DNA of 64,000 nucleotides. It comes from Octopus sinensis. Its lineage: Eukaryota. The translations under genes were made by a program, and so were the position numbers. The notes under the pieces are model-generated. The model saw nothing but the letters and a program-made list of their open reading frames with translations. It was not told where the DNA came from and did no database searches. The stretch is from assembly GCF_006345805.1 (NCBI RefSeq), contig NC_043004.1, forward strand, positions 46,686,001 through 46,750,000, given 5' to 3'. Positions 28,677-41,539 of this stretch are shown piece by piece. Positions within the stretch are counted from its first letter, which is position 1. Each line of letters starts with the position of its first letter.

Positions 28677-29188
28677 AAAAAGAAGAAGACAAAGAAGAAG
28701 AAGAAGAAGAAGAAGAAGACGAAGAGGAAGACGAAGAAGACGAAGAAGAAGAAAAAGACGAAGAAGAAGAAGAAGAAGAAGAAGACAAAGAAGAAGAAGA
28801 CGAAGAAGAAGAAGAAGACGAAGAAGAAGAAGAAGAAGAAGAAGAAGACGAAGACGAAGAAGAAGAAGAAGAAGAAGAAGGCGAGGAGGAGAAGAAGAAG
28901 AAGAAGAAGGAGAGGAGGAGAAGAAGAAGAAGAAGTCGAAGAAGAAGAAGAAGAAGGAGAGGAGGAGAAGAAGAAGAAGAAGAAGAAGAAGAAGAAGAAG
29001 AAGAAGAAGAGAAGGAGAGGAGGAGAAGAAGAAGAAGAAGAAGAAGGAGAGGAGAAGAAGAAAAGGAGGAAGAAGAGAAGAAGAAAAAGAAGAAGACTAA
29101 GAAGAAGAAGAAGCAGAAGAAGAAGAAGACGAAGAAGAAGAAGAAGAAGACGAAGAAGAAGAAGAAGAAGAAGAAGAAGAAGAAAAAG
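28592..29188 (+). repeat. (TAA)n fused to a ~540-bp (GAA)n-rich polypurine tract
   Basis: Directly visible, with GAC/GAG/AAA variant triplets. Confidence 0.95.
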
Positions 29189-30159
29189 CAACTGCCACAA
29201 AGATTGTTCTGCCATACATTAATTGAAGCATTCGGAGACGAATTAGAATTGTTATATTTATGTGAAGACTGAAAAACCATTTAAAATAAGCCACAAATTA
29301 CCAGCGGTGTATTAACGGAAAATAAATTACTGAATAAAAGAGAAGCCAAACCGCTGCTGTTGTTGGAGACGAATCAATAGAAAGAATAAATCATATCAAT
29401 TTCTCTATCTTAACAACTATAGAATCTCGAAATGTCATTATGATTATTTTCTTTTCGATTCCACTTCTTAACACTTTCAACCGTCCTTATCGCCCGTGGC
29501 GTAGCGGTATTTTAATATATTAGTTTCAAAACCACTTTAATAACAACATATTTCATCAGACTTTATTATATTAACTGTGTATTAGCTTTTATTCAAGTGA
29601 ATCCCAGTCTGATTAAATATTCTAAAGTCTATTTGCTTTCACTCTAATAAATAAAATTATGTCCCTCTTTAATCAAGATGATATCTTGATTAAAAACATA
29701 CATCCGAAGGGAAAAAATGAAGTTTACATTAGGTAAACTAGTCTCCAAAGTATATCAATCAGTAAAACAACAATTCTCATTTCAGTTTAAACGTAATTTT
29801 AATTCTGAAACGTCATTTAAGTATCAAATTTTTTTTTTGGAAGTAAAAACTACAGAAATTATTTTTGAACACAATTATATACATGAAAATATTATTCTCG
29901 AAATGAAAATGTATACTGAAAAAGTCTCTGGTAAAACAGCCTTCCTACGAAATTGTACTAGAATGTCATGCTCATCATAGGTTCTATGTACGCCTTGTAT
30001 ACAGGGGGAATGTAGAAAACACTGTGAATTTGGCAGGATTCTTCGATAGGAATCTCCAGAATACTAGCATACTTAATTTAGGCTAGAATTCAACATGATA
30101 TCTATGTAAATCTTTTAGGGGTCAGAGTAGGTAAGATTATGATATACGTTATAACACTG

Positions 30160-30370
30160 GATTCAAAGTTTTGCACAAGGCCAAAGATTTCGCGTAAGTG
30201 GAGAAAGTTGATTAAATGAACGCTAGTGCTCAACTGGTACGTTTTTATTGACAACGCAAAGATGAAAGTCAAAGTCGACCTTGGCGGAAATTGAACTCAG
30301 AACGTAAAGACAGACAAATTGCCGCTAAACACTTTGCTCGTTGTGCTAACGATTCGGTCAGTTCACCGCC
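30160..30370 (-). mobile_element. SINE (family of 25726-25942)
   Basis: aaagtcgaccttggcggaaattgaactcagaacgtaaagacagac. Confidence 0.75.
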
Positions 30371-30900
30371 GTATAATATAACTAGAAGGAATATATTTGG
30401 CACCAAGTAGGAAATTGATATTGATTTCAGTTACACACTCTCGAAACGCCAGATTTTTTCCTTATTAATGTTGTACTAGATGCAGCCAACAGTCAGATGT
30501 TGGTGGAATTAAACTGAATGGCACTAATTCTAATGTCTTTAGAGTATATATTTACAACTCACTCGGTTATTCAATTTTACCTTACATATTCCGGTAGTGA
30601 TTATTTGTCTACAAGTTAATCATTGAGGTCGTTTTACTCTTCTATATTGCATCAAATCATTGAGGACATTTTACTCATCTGTACCTCCTCACCAGAATAT
30701 GCAGCGCTATTTTAGGCAGTATTTTTAGTGAATATATTAAATAGTAATTAATCTTTACGATTATGAATTTGTGTTGCGAGATTCCTGGGGTAACGTCGTG
30801 TGTTGAAACAGATATAGTTGTATTTCGGGATGGTATTTTTTTTTTTTTTTGTGCCAAATATACCCACGCACTATATATACATTCCTCACGCTTTTATTAC

Positions 30901-31004
30901 CCTTCTTCTTCTAACTCATATCCATTGTCCGGAAATCCTTTGTCAAACATCTGTGGCCTCCTCAGCGACATTCTTGTGTGCGGTTGCTCTGCTTATTCCA
31001 TTCT
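30901..31004 (-). other. Candidate exon; possible start MSLRRPQMFDKGFPDNGYELEEEG
   Basis: Acceptor ctcttaattccactctcag and donor GG/gtaata; no homology recognised. Confidence 0.2.
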
Positions 31005-32481
31005 CTGAGAGTGGAATTAAGAGAGCTATACTAAACAGAATAGTGAAGAATGAATATATGACCACAATTTAATCTGTCGGTAATATGAGATAGCTTTTTT
31101 AACCCTCGGTCATTCTGGACGCGTTCCAGAGTCCAGTTTCTCTTTTCTGTTTTATTTTTCAATGATTACTTTCCAACATTGAACGCATATTTAATGTCAG
31201 CCTTCAGCTTGAGGGAGAATTAACTACTACCACTCGCCTGCCTTGTAACCATATGCACATCTCTAAAGACTCGTCTCGGTTAGTAATATTCTTCACTTAA
31301 AACAATTTCCATGAACGTTCACTCTTATAGAAGACATGGAGATTATACTTCTTCTAATTTCTGACATCCGCTAGAATATTAGTTATTTGTGTCAGTTAAA
31401 ATGAATCCAGCATAAATGAAACCTTAGCCGAATGGTGTATGACGTTAGAAAGATTGCGTCGATAAATAGTTGAAGCCAATTCTCATTAACAACACTGATA
31501 CCTTTAATAAATTAATGAATGTCAAACATTCTCATTATCCCCATGAAAACTAACATAGCTTTTAATATGGAAGTTTCCAAAATGAAACACATTAGAAGAT
31601 TTAGTTTCACCTCTTATGCGTCTCAGCTCAAATCTAATTTCCCAATTTATAATAGCAATGTCAATAAACGAATTCTAGTAATATATTGCTGTCGATTGAG
31701 CAAACTTTGCAAAAATTAATCGACCCTCACCGGGAGAAATTATCTTTCTGGCTATTAAAACGAAATCAATATTTGAGACATGATGGAGGATATGGATGTC
31801 ACACTTTATAAAGAACTTGTGAAAGTATTTTGTGGTATACATTTCTACCTTATCACATGCTGTGTTCGAACCTCGATGTACGTTAACTTACATTTTCTCG
31901 TTGATATTTAATCCTTTGATCCCATCGCTGTATAAAACAAATATGAAAAAAGAGTAAAATTATTTGGTCTCAAAATAATTGTAGAAACCAATATCAAATT
32001 TTGTTTTAAACATTTATGTATTTTTCTTCTTTATCAAGTGGTATGCATTGGAGTTCCAGCAAAATTAGTATTGATAACAATTTAGAAAAAAATATAGAAT
32101 AGTTTTCAGTAGCTCTATAGCTTAATGTATAATTGTAGCACTGTAGATCGTTCTGATTTGTTGTTCCATACTACAGCAACTTCCATAAAGTATCAGAGAT
32201 ATATGTACCACTATTACTCACTTAGATAACGGTGGACTAAATTGTAAATTAGATATATCCACATGGAAATTATATAGTTTTCTAAGATGTTGCAACGGCC
32301 ACACAGTATGTTACTCTGAAATATAAATCTGTTACTGTGAAATACTTATCTGTTACATTTCTCCGGGTCATGCGTGACTTAGAATTATAAGTGATAGGAT
32401 CATCTTTGTCTATGGTAGTTAGCTTTTTCACTGGCATTTCCACTCTAAACCATATATGATATCGCTAAATAATAGAAACAT

Positions 32482-32632
32482 TCATCCGTGTCCTGCAATA
32501 GTCCCTTTCAAATGGAAACGAGAATGTAGAAATTTTAAATCGGATTGAAGAAATGACTTAAAATGTTTTAGTTCCTCGTTCAACATAGCGTTTTCAAAAG
32601 GCTTTACGGAACACCATGTTTCCAGAGAAGCT
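32482..32632 (-). other. Candidate terminal coding exon
   Basis: Acceptor aatttctgttttag then 49 open codons to TGA; no homology recognised. Confidence 0.2.
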
Positions 32633-32866
32633 CTAAAACAGAAATTGTTTAACATAATGATGCGTATAAAAATATTTAAGACAATGGCGTATATAAAAAC
32701 ACATGCGGTCCCTCCAAAATGCATGCAAACCGTACTTGCATAACTATACACAGTAGGACATATATTACAGGAGTGTTTGTATGTGTATGTGTATATATAT
32801 GATATATATATATATATATATATATATGATATATATATATAAACATAATATATATGTATATGCAGA

Positions 32867-32907
<41 letters not shown>

Positions 32908-33706
32908 ATTTTTGTTTGTCTGTGTTTGTCCCCTCCCCAACCATCGCTTTACAACCGATGTTGGTGTGTTTACGTCACCGTAACTTAGCGGGGCCACAGT
33001 GAAATGAATGAAAAAAATAGAAGAATATATATGTATGTATAGATACACATACATACATACATACTTATATATATATATTAGTATCTATGTATGCTTACAT
33101 ATATACTTACACACACACACACCCGTCCACACACAGTCGTACACACACGCGTACACAATCACACACAGATAATTCGAGAAAGAGAGAGAGAGAGACAGAG
33201 AGATAGAGAGAGACAGAGAGAGAGAAAAAAGTTGTTTGTCAGTTAATTCCTTTAGTTATTTGAAATATAACCAGAATAAATCGGAATGGTTTTGACGCCA
33301 AACGAACCATATGTTAATTGTTAACCTTAACTTGTGTTGATATCAACCTGAAATATCTATTGTTGGTTGCAAGAAATATAATTTAAATCTACAAATTATC
33401 TAGTATAGGGAATCGATGATCTAAATTTCGAATCGCGATTACAATCACGGCAGAATATTTCTTGGTGTGTTATAAACCGCAATAAGGAACAGGAATTCTT
33501 AACATATGGCCAATTTATTTAAATAATCATTGAAGAGGAAACGAAAATGAAGGAAAGCAAGCTGTGATGTAACTAATTTTAACTAACTTCATACAACAAC
33601 GCCTTCTATATATTAGCAAGACGTTATTTAAGATGAATATGACACTGCCTCTCTCTCTCTCTTTCTCTCTATCTCTCTCTCTCTCTATATATATATATAT
33701 CTATAT

Positions 33707-33764
<58 letters not shown>

Positions 33765-33767
33765 GTA

Positions 33768-34075
33768 TTTTGTTTGTTCCTTCTCGAGCCATGCCTGGCT
33801 TATAAGCGCCGGTTTCCCGGTTTCTTAGCGTATAGGTTCCCCAACTGGACGGGACGCCGGTCCGTCGCAGGTGAGCTGCAAGATGCAGAAGGAAAGAGCG
33901 AGAGAAATTTGTGGCGAAAGAGTCTGGCGAAAGAAGTTCGCTATTACCTTCTGCCGAGCCGCGTGGAGCTTAGGTGTTTTCGCTCATAAACACACACATC
34001 ACCCGGTCTGAGATTCGAACCCGCGATGCCTCGACCGTGAGTCGGCGGCTCTAACCACTAGGCCATGTGCCTCCA
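33768..34075 (-). mobile_element. tRNA-derived SINE (OR-like head, tail type 1)
   Basis: TGGCCTAGTGGTTAGAGC..GGTTCGAATCTCAGACCGGG; homologous to 13655-13920. Confidence 0.85.
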
Positions 34076-34239
34076 CATATATATGTATATATGACAATTA
34101 CTCAGCACGCATACAAGCATACACACAAATATACGCACAAACGAATGTTACACACACAAGTGTACCCAAATGACGTGCAGTCAAATATGCAAGCATATTC
34201 ATAAAGAGACACATCTTTGATATTCTCGCTACTCTAGAG

Positions 34240-34630
34240 AAATTTTGGGAGAGGAGGCCAGTTAATTAGATCGACCGCAGTGCACAACTGGTACTTAACT
34301 TTTCAACTTCTAAAGGATGAAAGGCAAAATCGGCCTCAGTGGAATTTGAACTAAGAACGTAAAGACAGACGAAGCACCACGTATTTCGCCCAGCGTGCTA
34401 ATGCTTCTGCCAGCTCGACACCTTTTTCAAATTTTGACACAAGTCCACCAATTTCAGAGATGGGAGAAAGGTGGGTACGTTGATCCCTAGTGTCCAACTG
34501 GTAATTATTTTGTAGACCCGAAAAGAGGAAAAGCGAAATCGACTTTGGCGGCATTTGAACTCATAACGGAAAGACGAACGTAATACAGCTAAGTATTTTA
34601 CCCAGGGTGCTGTCAATTCTGCCAGCTTGC
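34240..34630 (-). mobile_element. Two adjacent diverged SINEs (family of 25726-25942)
   Basis: Two reverse-complement matches at ~34240-34410 and ~34460-34630. Confidence 0.7.
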
Positions 34631-34977
34631 TTCTTTAATATTGCTAGATTTGTGAATGCAAGTGTGTCGTTATACATTTAATTGTTCGCGAGTTTACTCC
34701 CAAACTACCGCCTCTACATTCTTATGTCGTGAATCGATGTCCGATTTCAATGAAAACGCTTGCTTTTTAGCGTTATAAAATTGCTGCGATTTAACCCAAG
34801 GACGTTCAAATTGTTTATAATGAAAAGCGGAGGAAACCCATTTGTATAGCATCACTAAATTAATATATATGCATATACAAGCATATATATATTCAAGTAT
34901 CTATATATAATTATACACCCAGTTATATACATATATATGTGTGTGTGATGTATTTTCGTGTGTCAGTGTGGGTGTCT

Positions 34978-35081
<104 letters not shown>

Positions 35082-35674
35082 ATATAAGTAGAATCAACAA
35101 GAAAGTACTGCATACAGTTAGAGATAAACATCTATTTCATACAGCGTTTTGTACAATCGTTAGTCATTCAATTTTAGGATACTATACCCCAAACAAAGTG
35201 GAAACTGAATTTGCAGTAGAAACCCACGTATATATGCGAGTGTAGGCGGGAGTTATATGTCTTTCTTCGTTTGTATATACATATATTAAAGTGCATGAAT
35301 TAATACACCTCCTTGCATTCCAAAATTCAATCAGCCAATAAATAAAAGGCGATCGGTAACACCAGTAGGTAAGAGACACATTTACTTGGTTCGATTTCTA
35401 GTCGACTGATATTCATGATAGCGATGCCTCAACATAGCTGCAGTCAAATGAACAACAAATACAAGATGGATATTTTGAACTACAGGAAACATCATAGATA
35501 TCGTCACATACAGTAGTTTTGAAAACAGTGCATCTAAGCTTATGAAGAATATCCTCTAAACCAATTTATATTTTTGTACACGTGTACTTTCACGCACTAA
35601 TAATTTATTTTCTGTAAAATAGCATAAATTTGATTTTGATTTTCTTATTTATTGCCACAGAAGTTAAGCCTCAC

Positions 35675-35796
35675 TTCACACTGTTTTTATCAGATTCATC
35701 ATTCCAGCTCCTCCATTCCGGCTTCTCCAAACTATCATTATGAGGATTATATACATGAAAGTCTATGATTTCCACTGTATATTTGCTGCTGCTTCT
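35675..35796 (-). other. Candidate internal coding exon (RSSSKYTVEIIDFHVYNPHNDSLEKPEWRSWNDESDKNSVK)
   Basis: Acceptor catttag and donor AA/gtgagg; open 122 nt; phase-compatible with 32482-32632 and 39152-39177. Confidence 0.25.
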
Positions 35797-36749
35797 CTAA
35801 ATGTTAATACTGCAACGAAATAATTATGCACGCCATTTAAAGTTATTATCATGTTTCAGTTGTAAGCTACAAACTGCACAAATGAGTAACAGTTTGAAAA
35901 TTTATTTTCTGACTTAAAATTACAAGTAACAATATTTAACTCTTTTCTAATGAGGAAGGCGTGACATTTGTTGTATTCTATAAATGTATATATATATATA
36001 TTATTGCACAAGAAAAGAGGCAACGGCATTTGACTTATTGTAGCAATTTATTCTGTCTTTCAATTTCAAGTGTCAATGCACGGTAATACAAAAGATTTTC
36101 AATATTGTCATGCTGCCATATTAGAAGCAGACTAATTCCCTCTACGAAATACAATAAATACTTAAATACTTCCTGTCCAGACTGATAAATATCGTGGACG
36201 AAATGAAATATTTTTCCTTCTATAACTTTTTTAAGTATATTAATCGTATATATTGTGAAACCTGCGAATAATATGTTTGCAAATTTAATATATTAGCGGA
36301 ATTATTCGTATATCCTTTAAGCAAGTGTATTCTTATACAACAGACAATTACATTAAATAAAAGTCAATGACTCAAAAATCGAAATGGGAAGTTTCACGCT
36401 AATAGATAAAAACTTATATATGTCTTCAAATATCGGTGTTTACCCATATCAGTAGAAGATATTTTTTCTTTAATTAAATCTTATATATGATTTTGTGTAC
36501 AAATGTACTGCTTTTAAGTAGCGAAATTGGCTGTGGACTGCATGTGAAATGAAGTTATACTTGTTATATGATATTATTTTCATTCAAACAACTAAGCACA
36601 AAATAACAATGTAACATTTCTGTGCAATACACACAGGAAACTATTTGAATTCATAAGTTCATACATATGCATATCTCAGTTTGTAAAGCAGCGTCATATA
36701 TTCTATATAACAACTGATAAACACTATATATATGAAATAAGTTTAGGCT

Positions 36750-36975
36750 GTGAGCTGACAAAAGCTTAGCACGCGGGGCAAAATACTTAGCGGTATTTCG
36801 TCCGTATTTACGCTCTGGGTTCAAATTCCACAGAGGTCAACTTTACCTTATATCCTTTCCGATTCGATAAATTAAGTACCTGTCAAGCACTGGAGTCGGC
36901 GTAATCGACTTAAAATCTCCCCCCCCCTACCCACACACCGAATTGCTGACCTTGGGCCAAAATTTGAAACCAATA
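36750..36975 (+). mobile_element. SINE (family of 25726-25942)
   Basis: ttagcacgcggggcaaaatacttagcggtatttcgtc...gggttcaaattcc...tcgataaattaagtacc. Confidence 0.75.
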
Positions 36976-37776
36976 TATGAAATAAATTTTATAGTTATTG
37001 ACTATTCTTAAGCTGACTGTTATTGCCAATGAATATGTAATATTATGAATTAAAAGGCGAAATGATTACAAAAGAAAAGGCGCACCAGTTGGGACGCCAA
37101 CTCAGATTTCCGGATGATGTGGTGTAGATATCGTAATCTATTTAATAGCGTAATGTTATTTGCTTCTGCAAACGCAACGCCAACTCTAGAATATTGAGAA
37201 ATAAGTTGATTATTGTTTTTCCTGACGATTACGCGTTGCATTTAACACCGGAATGGTTTTGTTGGACACAAAATATCGGTGTTATGTTAAGTGCATTCAC
37301 TGTGATACACTCTGTCACTCTCCTCTTGAAAATACTTTGTCTGTCATCGCAGTTTCTCTCAGATCGTCCTGATTCTTATTATGAATTCAAAAGTAACTCC
37401 AATATCTGAATTATTGTAGTAACCTTTCTTCAACCCACCATTCGAATTAAATAATGGATTTATTCAATCAAATTACTGCAGGAAATGATGGGAATAGAGT
37501 GTTGATGTTCGTACCTCTACATATTGTAAAATTAATATATTATCGTGAGGAAATAAAATGTTCTTTACCAGAGTTAGAAAAAAATACTCGACCAAATATA
37601 TTCTTATGGTGTTTGCAGTTAAAATTTATGACTTTTGCACACGTCAACAGTTAGTACATAATTGTTATACTTTAAGTTGTGTTATTTCAGAATATATGTA
37701 TATATGTATGTGTGTGTATGTGTTTGGGTGTCTGTGTTTGTCCTCCCAACATCACTTGACAACCGATGTTGGTGTG

Positions 37777-38510
37777 ATTTCGAGCCGGGTCGTCTGCTGC
37801 TGGAGAGGACCGCTCAGGTAAAGGACCTGGGTATCTTGGTGGATTCCTCCTTTTCGCCTTCGGCCCAGTGCGTCCATGCTGCCAACAAAGCGCGCGGAAT
37901 TCTGTTTTTGAGTCGACGGTCATTCGGAATGCTCACAGCAGCCATATTCCTACCACTCTATGTCACGCTGGTGAGACCCATATTGGAGTATGGGATTCAA
38001 GCCTCTTCTCCTTATCTCCTCAAAGACATACAGCATCTCGAAAGAGTCCAGAAGCTGGCTACCCGCATGGTTCATGGTCTCAAAAATTTGTCCTACGAAG
38101 AAAGGCTGAGGACGCTCGACCTTTGTTCTCTTGAAAAACGCCGCCGCCGTGGTGATCTCATTCTCGCCCACAACATCATAAGCGGGAAGTGTAACCTCTC
38201 GAAAGAGCTGCTCTTCACTCCTGCTCCGGAGCATCGGCTGCGGGGTCATTCCGAAAAGCTCTACTTGCGACGATTTCATCTCAATCGAAGGAGAGGAGCT
38301 TTCTCCGTCCGGGTTGCGGATCCGTGGAACAGGCTGCCAGACGAGATGGTGAAGATGCCGACGACCGCTTTGTTCAAAGCCTCCCTGGACCTCAAGTGGC
38401 CTGAACTCTTTACATGAACACCACCCTGTACTTAACTCCATGTCCCCCTACATGGCCTTGCTATTTGCTTTTGAGCCAAATTAACTAACTAACTAACTAA
38501 CTAACTAACA
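37777..38510 (+). mobile_element. 5'-truncated CR1/L2-group LINE: uninterrupted RT C-terminus, 3' UTR and (CTAA)n tail, nested in a SINE
   Basis: ORF to 38417: VKDLGILVDS, LYVTLVRPILEYG, LERVQKLATRMV, LSYEERLRTLDLCSLEKRRRRGDLI, LRGHSEKL, FSVRVADPWNRLP. Confidence 0.95.
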
Positions 38511-38660
38511 TTTACGTCCCCGTAACTTAGCGGTTCGGCAAAAGAGACCGATAGAATAAGTACTAGCCTTACAAAGAATAAGTCCTGGGGTCGATTTGCT
38601 CGACTAAAGGCGGTGCTCTAGCATGGCCACAGTCAAATGACTGAAACAATTAAAAGAGTA
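38511..38660 (+). mobile_element. Distal half of the SINE tail split by the CR1 (proximal half ~37720-37776)
   Basis: ...caaccgatgttggtgtg / tttacgtccccgtaacttagc... rejoin to the sequence seen intact near 63115-63150. Confidence 0.9.
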
Positions 38661-39151
38661 TATCGAAATAGATGAATAGAAATATGAACGTCTGAGAAAA
38701 CTGAAATGAAATAATAAAAGGACTAGTGCATAGATTCTAACAGTTTTAGTACAGCATAATAATTTTCACTTATACACCAACACGCCTAACACCAGCTCAA
38801 CTGAAACACTGTACTTGTTACGTCATCGCTACAACTTTTAAAATTAACTGTGAAATATCCAGCAAATTACTCCATACGATAAAAAGGAAAGGACACTTTT
38901 TTTTAGGTAGCCATAACTACTTCCTAGAAAAGTATGGTTACGACCGCAATGCATTTGATCATTGGTCGTTTTATCAGGGTACATTTAAGGTTAAGGACAA
39001 AGAAAAGTATCACATACATTTTTTTTTGGCTGCAATTTTATTTTAGCAATTTGTAGCTGTCTGGTAATTTTATTAAATTGTTCATTTACACATTATTTCC
39101 TGCGAGTAATATAATATTGTTAGTGTAAATTGATGTGTCTCCAGAGCTTAC

Positions 39152-39177
39152 CTTCAGAAGAGTAAGATGTTTTGCGC
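39152..39177 (-). other. Candidate 26-nt microexon
   Basis: Acceptor aattaatttttaatcag and donor GAAG/gtaagc, both near consensus. Confidence 0.25.
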
Positions 39178-40280
39178 CTGATTAAAAATTAATTTATTCA
39201 GCAATTTCTCTATGATTAGAAAATTTTAACTTTCAGTTGGTAGACAATTGTAGTCATTATTTACGCCGAAATAAAACAACCATAGCTATTTATGTTTATT
39301 TACTTTCTAAAAAACAAGAAATGAATCATAAATAAAATTAATCATAGTAACTAATTACTTCTATACTTACGTCTTTGAGCCAAAATGATATATAGAATGT
39401 CTCTTAGTGAGAGTTATAACTCTACTGGCTGCTTTTTGATTCCTGCTTCAGGCAATTCTATTCACGTACGACATATCATACACAAGAGAACTGAACGCGT
39501 CTTACATTATCTAATTTTCTCATCTAAATACTTGTGACATTTTCCTAAGTAAGAAATCAATGAAACCACGCATGTATTAAAAAGATATTATTCGTAATAT
39601 TGAATTTTTAAACAGAAAGTATTGGCACAAAAACGTTTGGATTTTAATACCCATTACAATCCAGTAATAAACGCTAAAAAGAAAACTAAAAGAGGAGAAA
39701 TATTTTAGCAATATATAATTCTTTACTAAAGTGAATGATATAATTTAAAGCTGAATATATCATGAAAAGTATGACAATTATGAAAACATCGATTGGATAA
39801 TATCTACATTTTCTTCTTTACCTAATATATAATTTAAGATTGAAACATCTAAGACATATTTTAATGGTTTCTCATTTATTTGATATTAAGTATTCTGCTG
39901 GAAACAGAGAGGCACATTCATGCGAACTATTTCAGAAAAGTACTTGATTATATTAATTATATGATGTGTGAAATTATGAACGTGAATTGATTTGAACGTG
40001 TTATATAGAAATTTCCGGAATAACCGGATATATATTGTCTTGTGCAGATATTGTATGTTATGTAGCATATAAGAGAAAGTAACCGAGAGACAATAAATAT
40101 CGACTTTATAATTACATATAACTAGAATATTGTATTAAACAAAGAGTTGGTCGCGGTTGAATGGATTCTGCTTTATCTATGACACTTAAGGTATATTTTA
40201 TTTTGCAAAAGGGCTTAGTATACTGACACACTAAGTTGAATATAATATACCACTCACACACACACACAACACACACACAA

Positions 40281-40325
<45 letters not shown>

Positions 40326-40473
40326 CATGTAGAAAGTGGAAATGAATCTGTTCCTCCATTTTCTTATTTTTATATATATATATATGTATATATATTGTAT
40401 ATATATATGTGTGAGTGTATACACACACACACACATACACACACACACACACATATATATATCATCCGTTTTT

Positions 40474-41330
40474 TAAAAGCAGCAGAAATATAACAAAAGC
40501 TGTTACTCAGAGTTTCACGTTCCTGTTCGTCGGACAATTTTGTTAAAATGGAACAGAAATAACGCTATAATGAAAACTAGTTAAAGAATACACCTTTAAA
40601 AATGGATTTGTTTCATTGGTCCTTTCAATTAACGGTCTTAAGCATGAAATGAACAAGAGAAAGGAATTCAATATAAATTCATCATATTGTAAAATCGAAG
40701 GAAACCTTAAATCGCAAAGTGGATTCAAAATACATATTGTAAATAATTATATTCGAAATATAAGTAAATTAATACATTAAAATTAAAATTAAAATTTTTC
40801 ACGCTGCATTACATAAATATTCTACAACAGTATATACCCATACTAGACCATCTATAATATACATATATACAACAAAATATACTGATGCATGCGCATAGTT
40901 ACATAGATATACTGGTATATATATGAATCCTGGACTAGTTTTCGATCCCACTGTGGGATTTGTATTTTGTAATGCATTGTTTATTTTGCACCGCAAGGAT
41001 ATTGTAAATATTTCGACAACCGTGGTGCATCAGCATGACCACAGCTATGAGCTGAAACTACAGAAAAAAAAAACATTTCTCAAGAAAACCTCCGACTGTT
41101 AAATGTATACATTATTTTCATGTTTAAGATTTCATTTTTATTTTTATTTCATTATATTGTATTTTACAAACCCATTTAATCGTTATATTTATAGATAATT
41201 CGATATATGGTGTTCCACTTTGCATGTCTTTTATCCGATTTTTTTTATTTTTATACACTCAGCAATTTTTTGAAATATCGTTTTGTATAAACTCTGAGTA
41301 ACAGCTTTTGTTATATTTCTGCAGCTTTTA
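40474..41330. mobile_element. Non-autonomous TIR element (~857 bp) with 42-bp TIRs
   Basis: TAAAAGC(A/T)GCAGAAATATAACAAAAGCTGTTACTCAGAGTTT at both ends with one mismatch; the outer TA may be the TSD. Confidence 0.8.
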
Positions 41331-41539
41331 TTCAACATCTGGTATTTGGGTACTTTTTTCCCAGCTTAAAAAAAAAAAACCGTTAAATTCACTTCAACAT
41401 TTAGATTGAATTTGCCAACATATTTTCGTCGCTTAGAGGCCGTGAACTTTTCTCTGACATACTCCCGTGCTGTTGGAACGTCAGCACCAATCTTGGAACA
41501 AGCAACTGTTTCTACTCAAACCTGTGCAGACGCCTCCAG

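Noticed and set aside
28546-29294. 244-aa and 209-aa poly-S/F/L ORFs, and a poly-Glu reading on the plus strand
   Set aside because: Products of the GAA tract; triplet phase shifts within the tract
37950-38441. 163-aa minus-strand ORF
   Set aside because: Antisense shadow of the GC-rich CR1 reading frame
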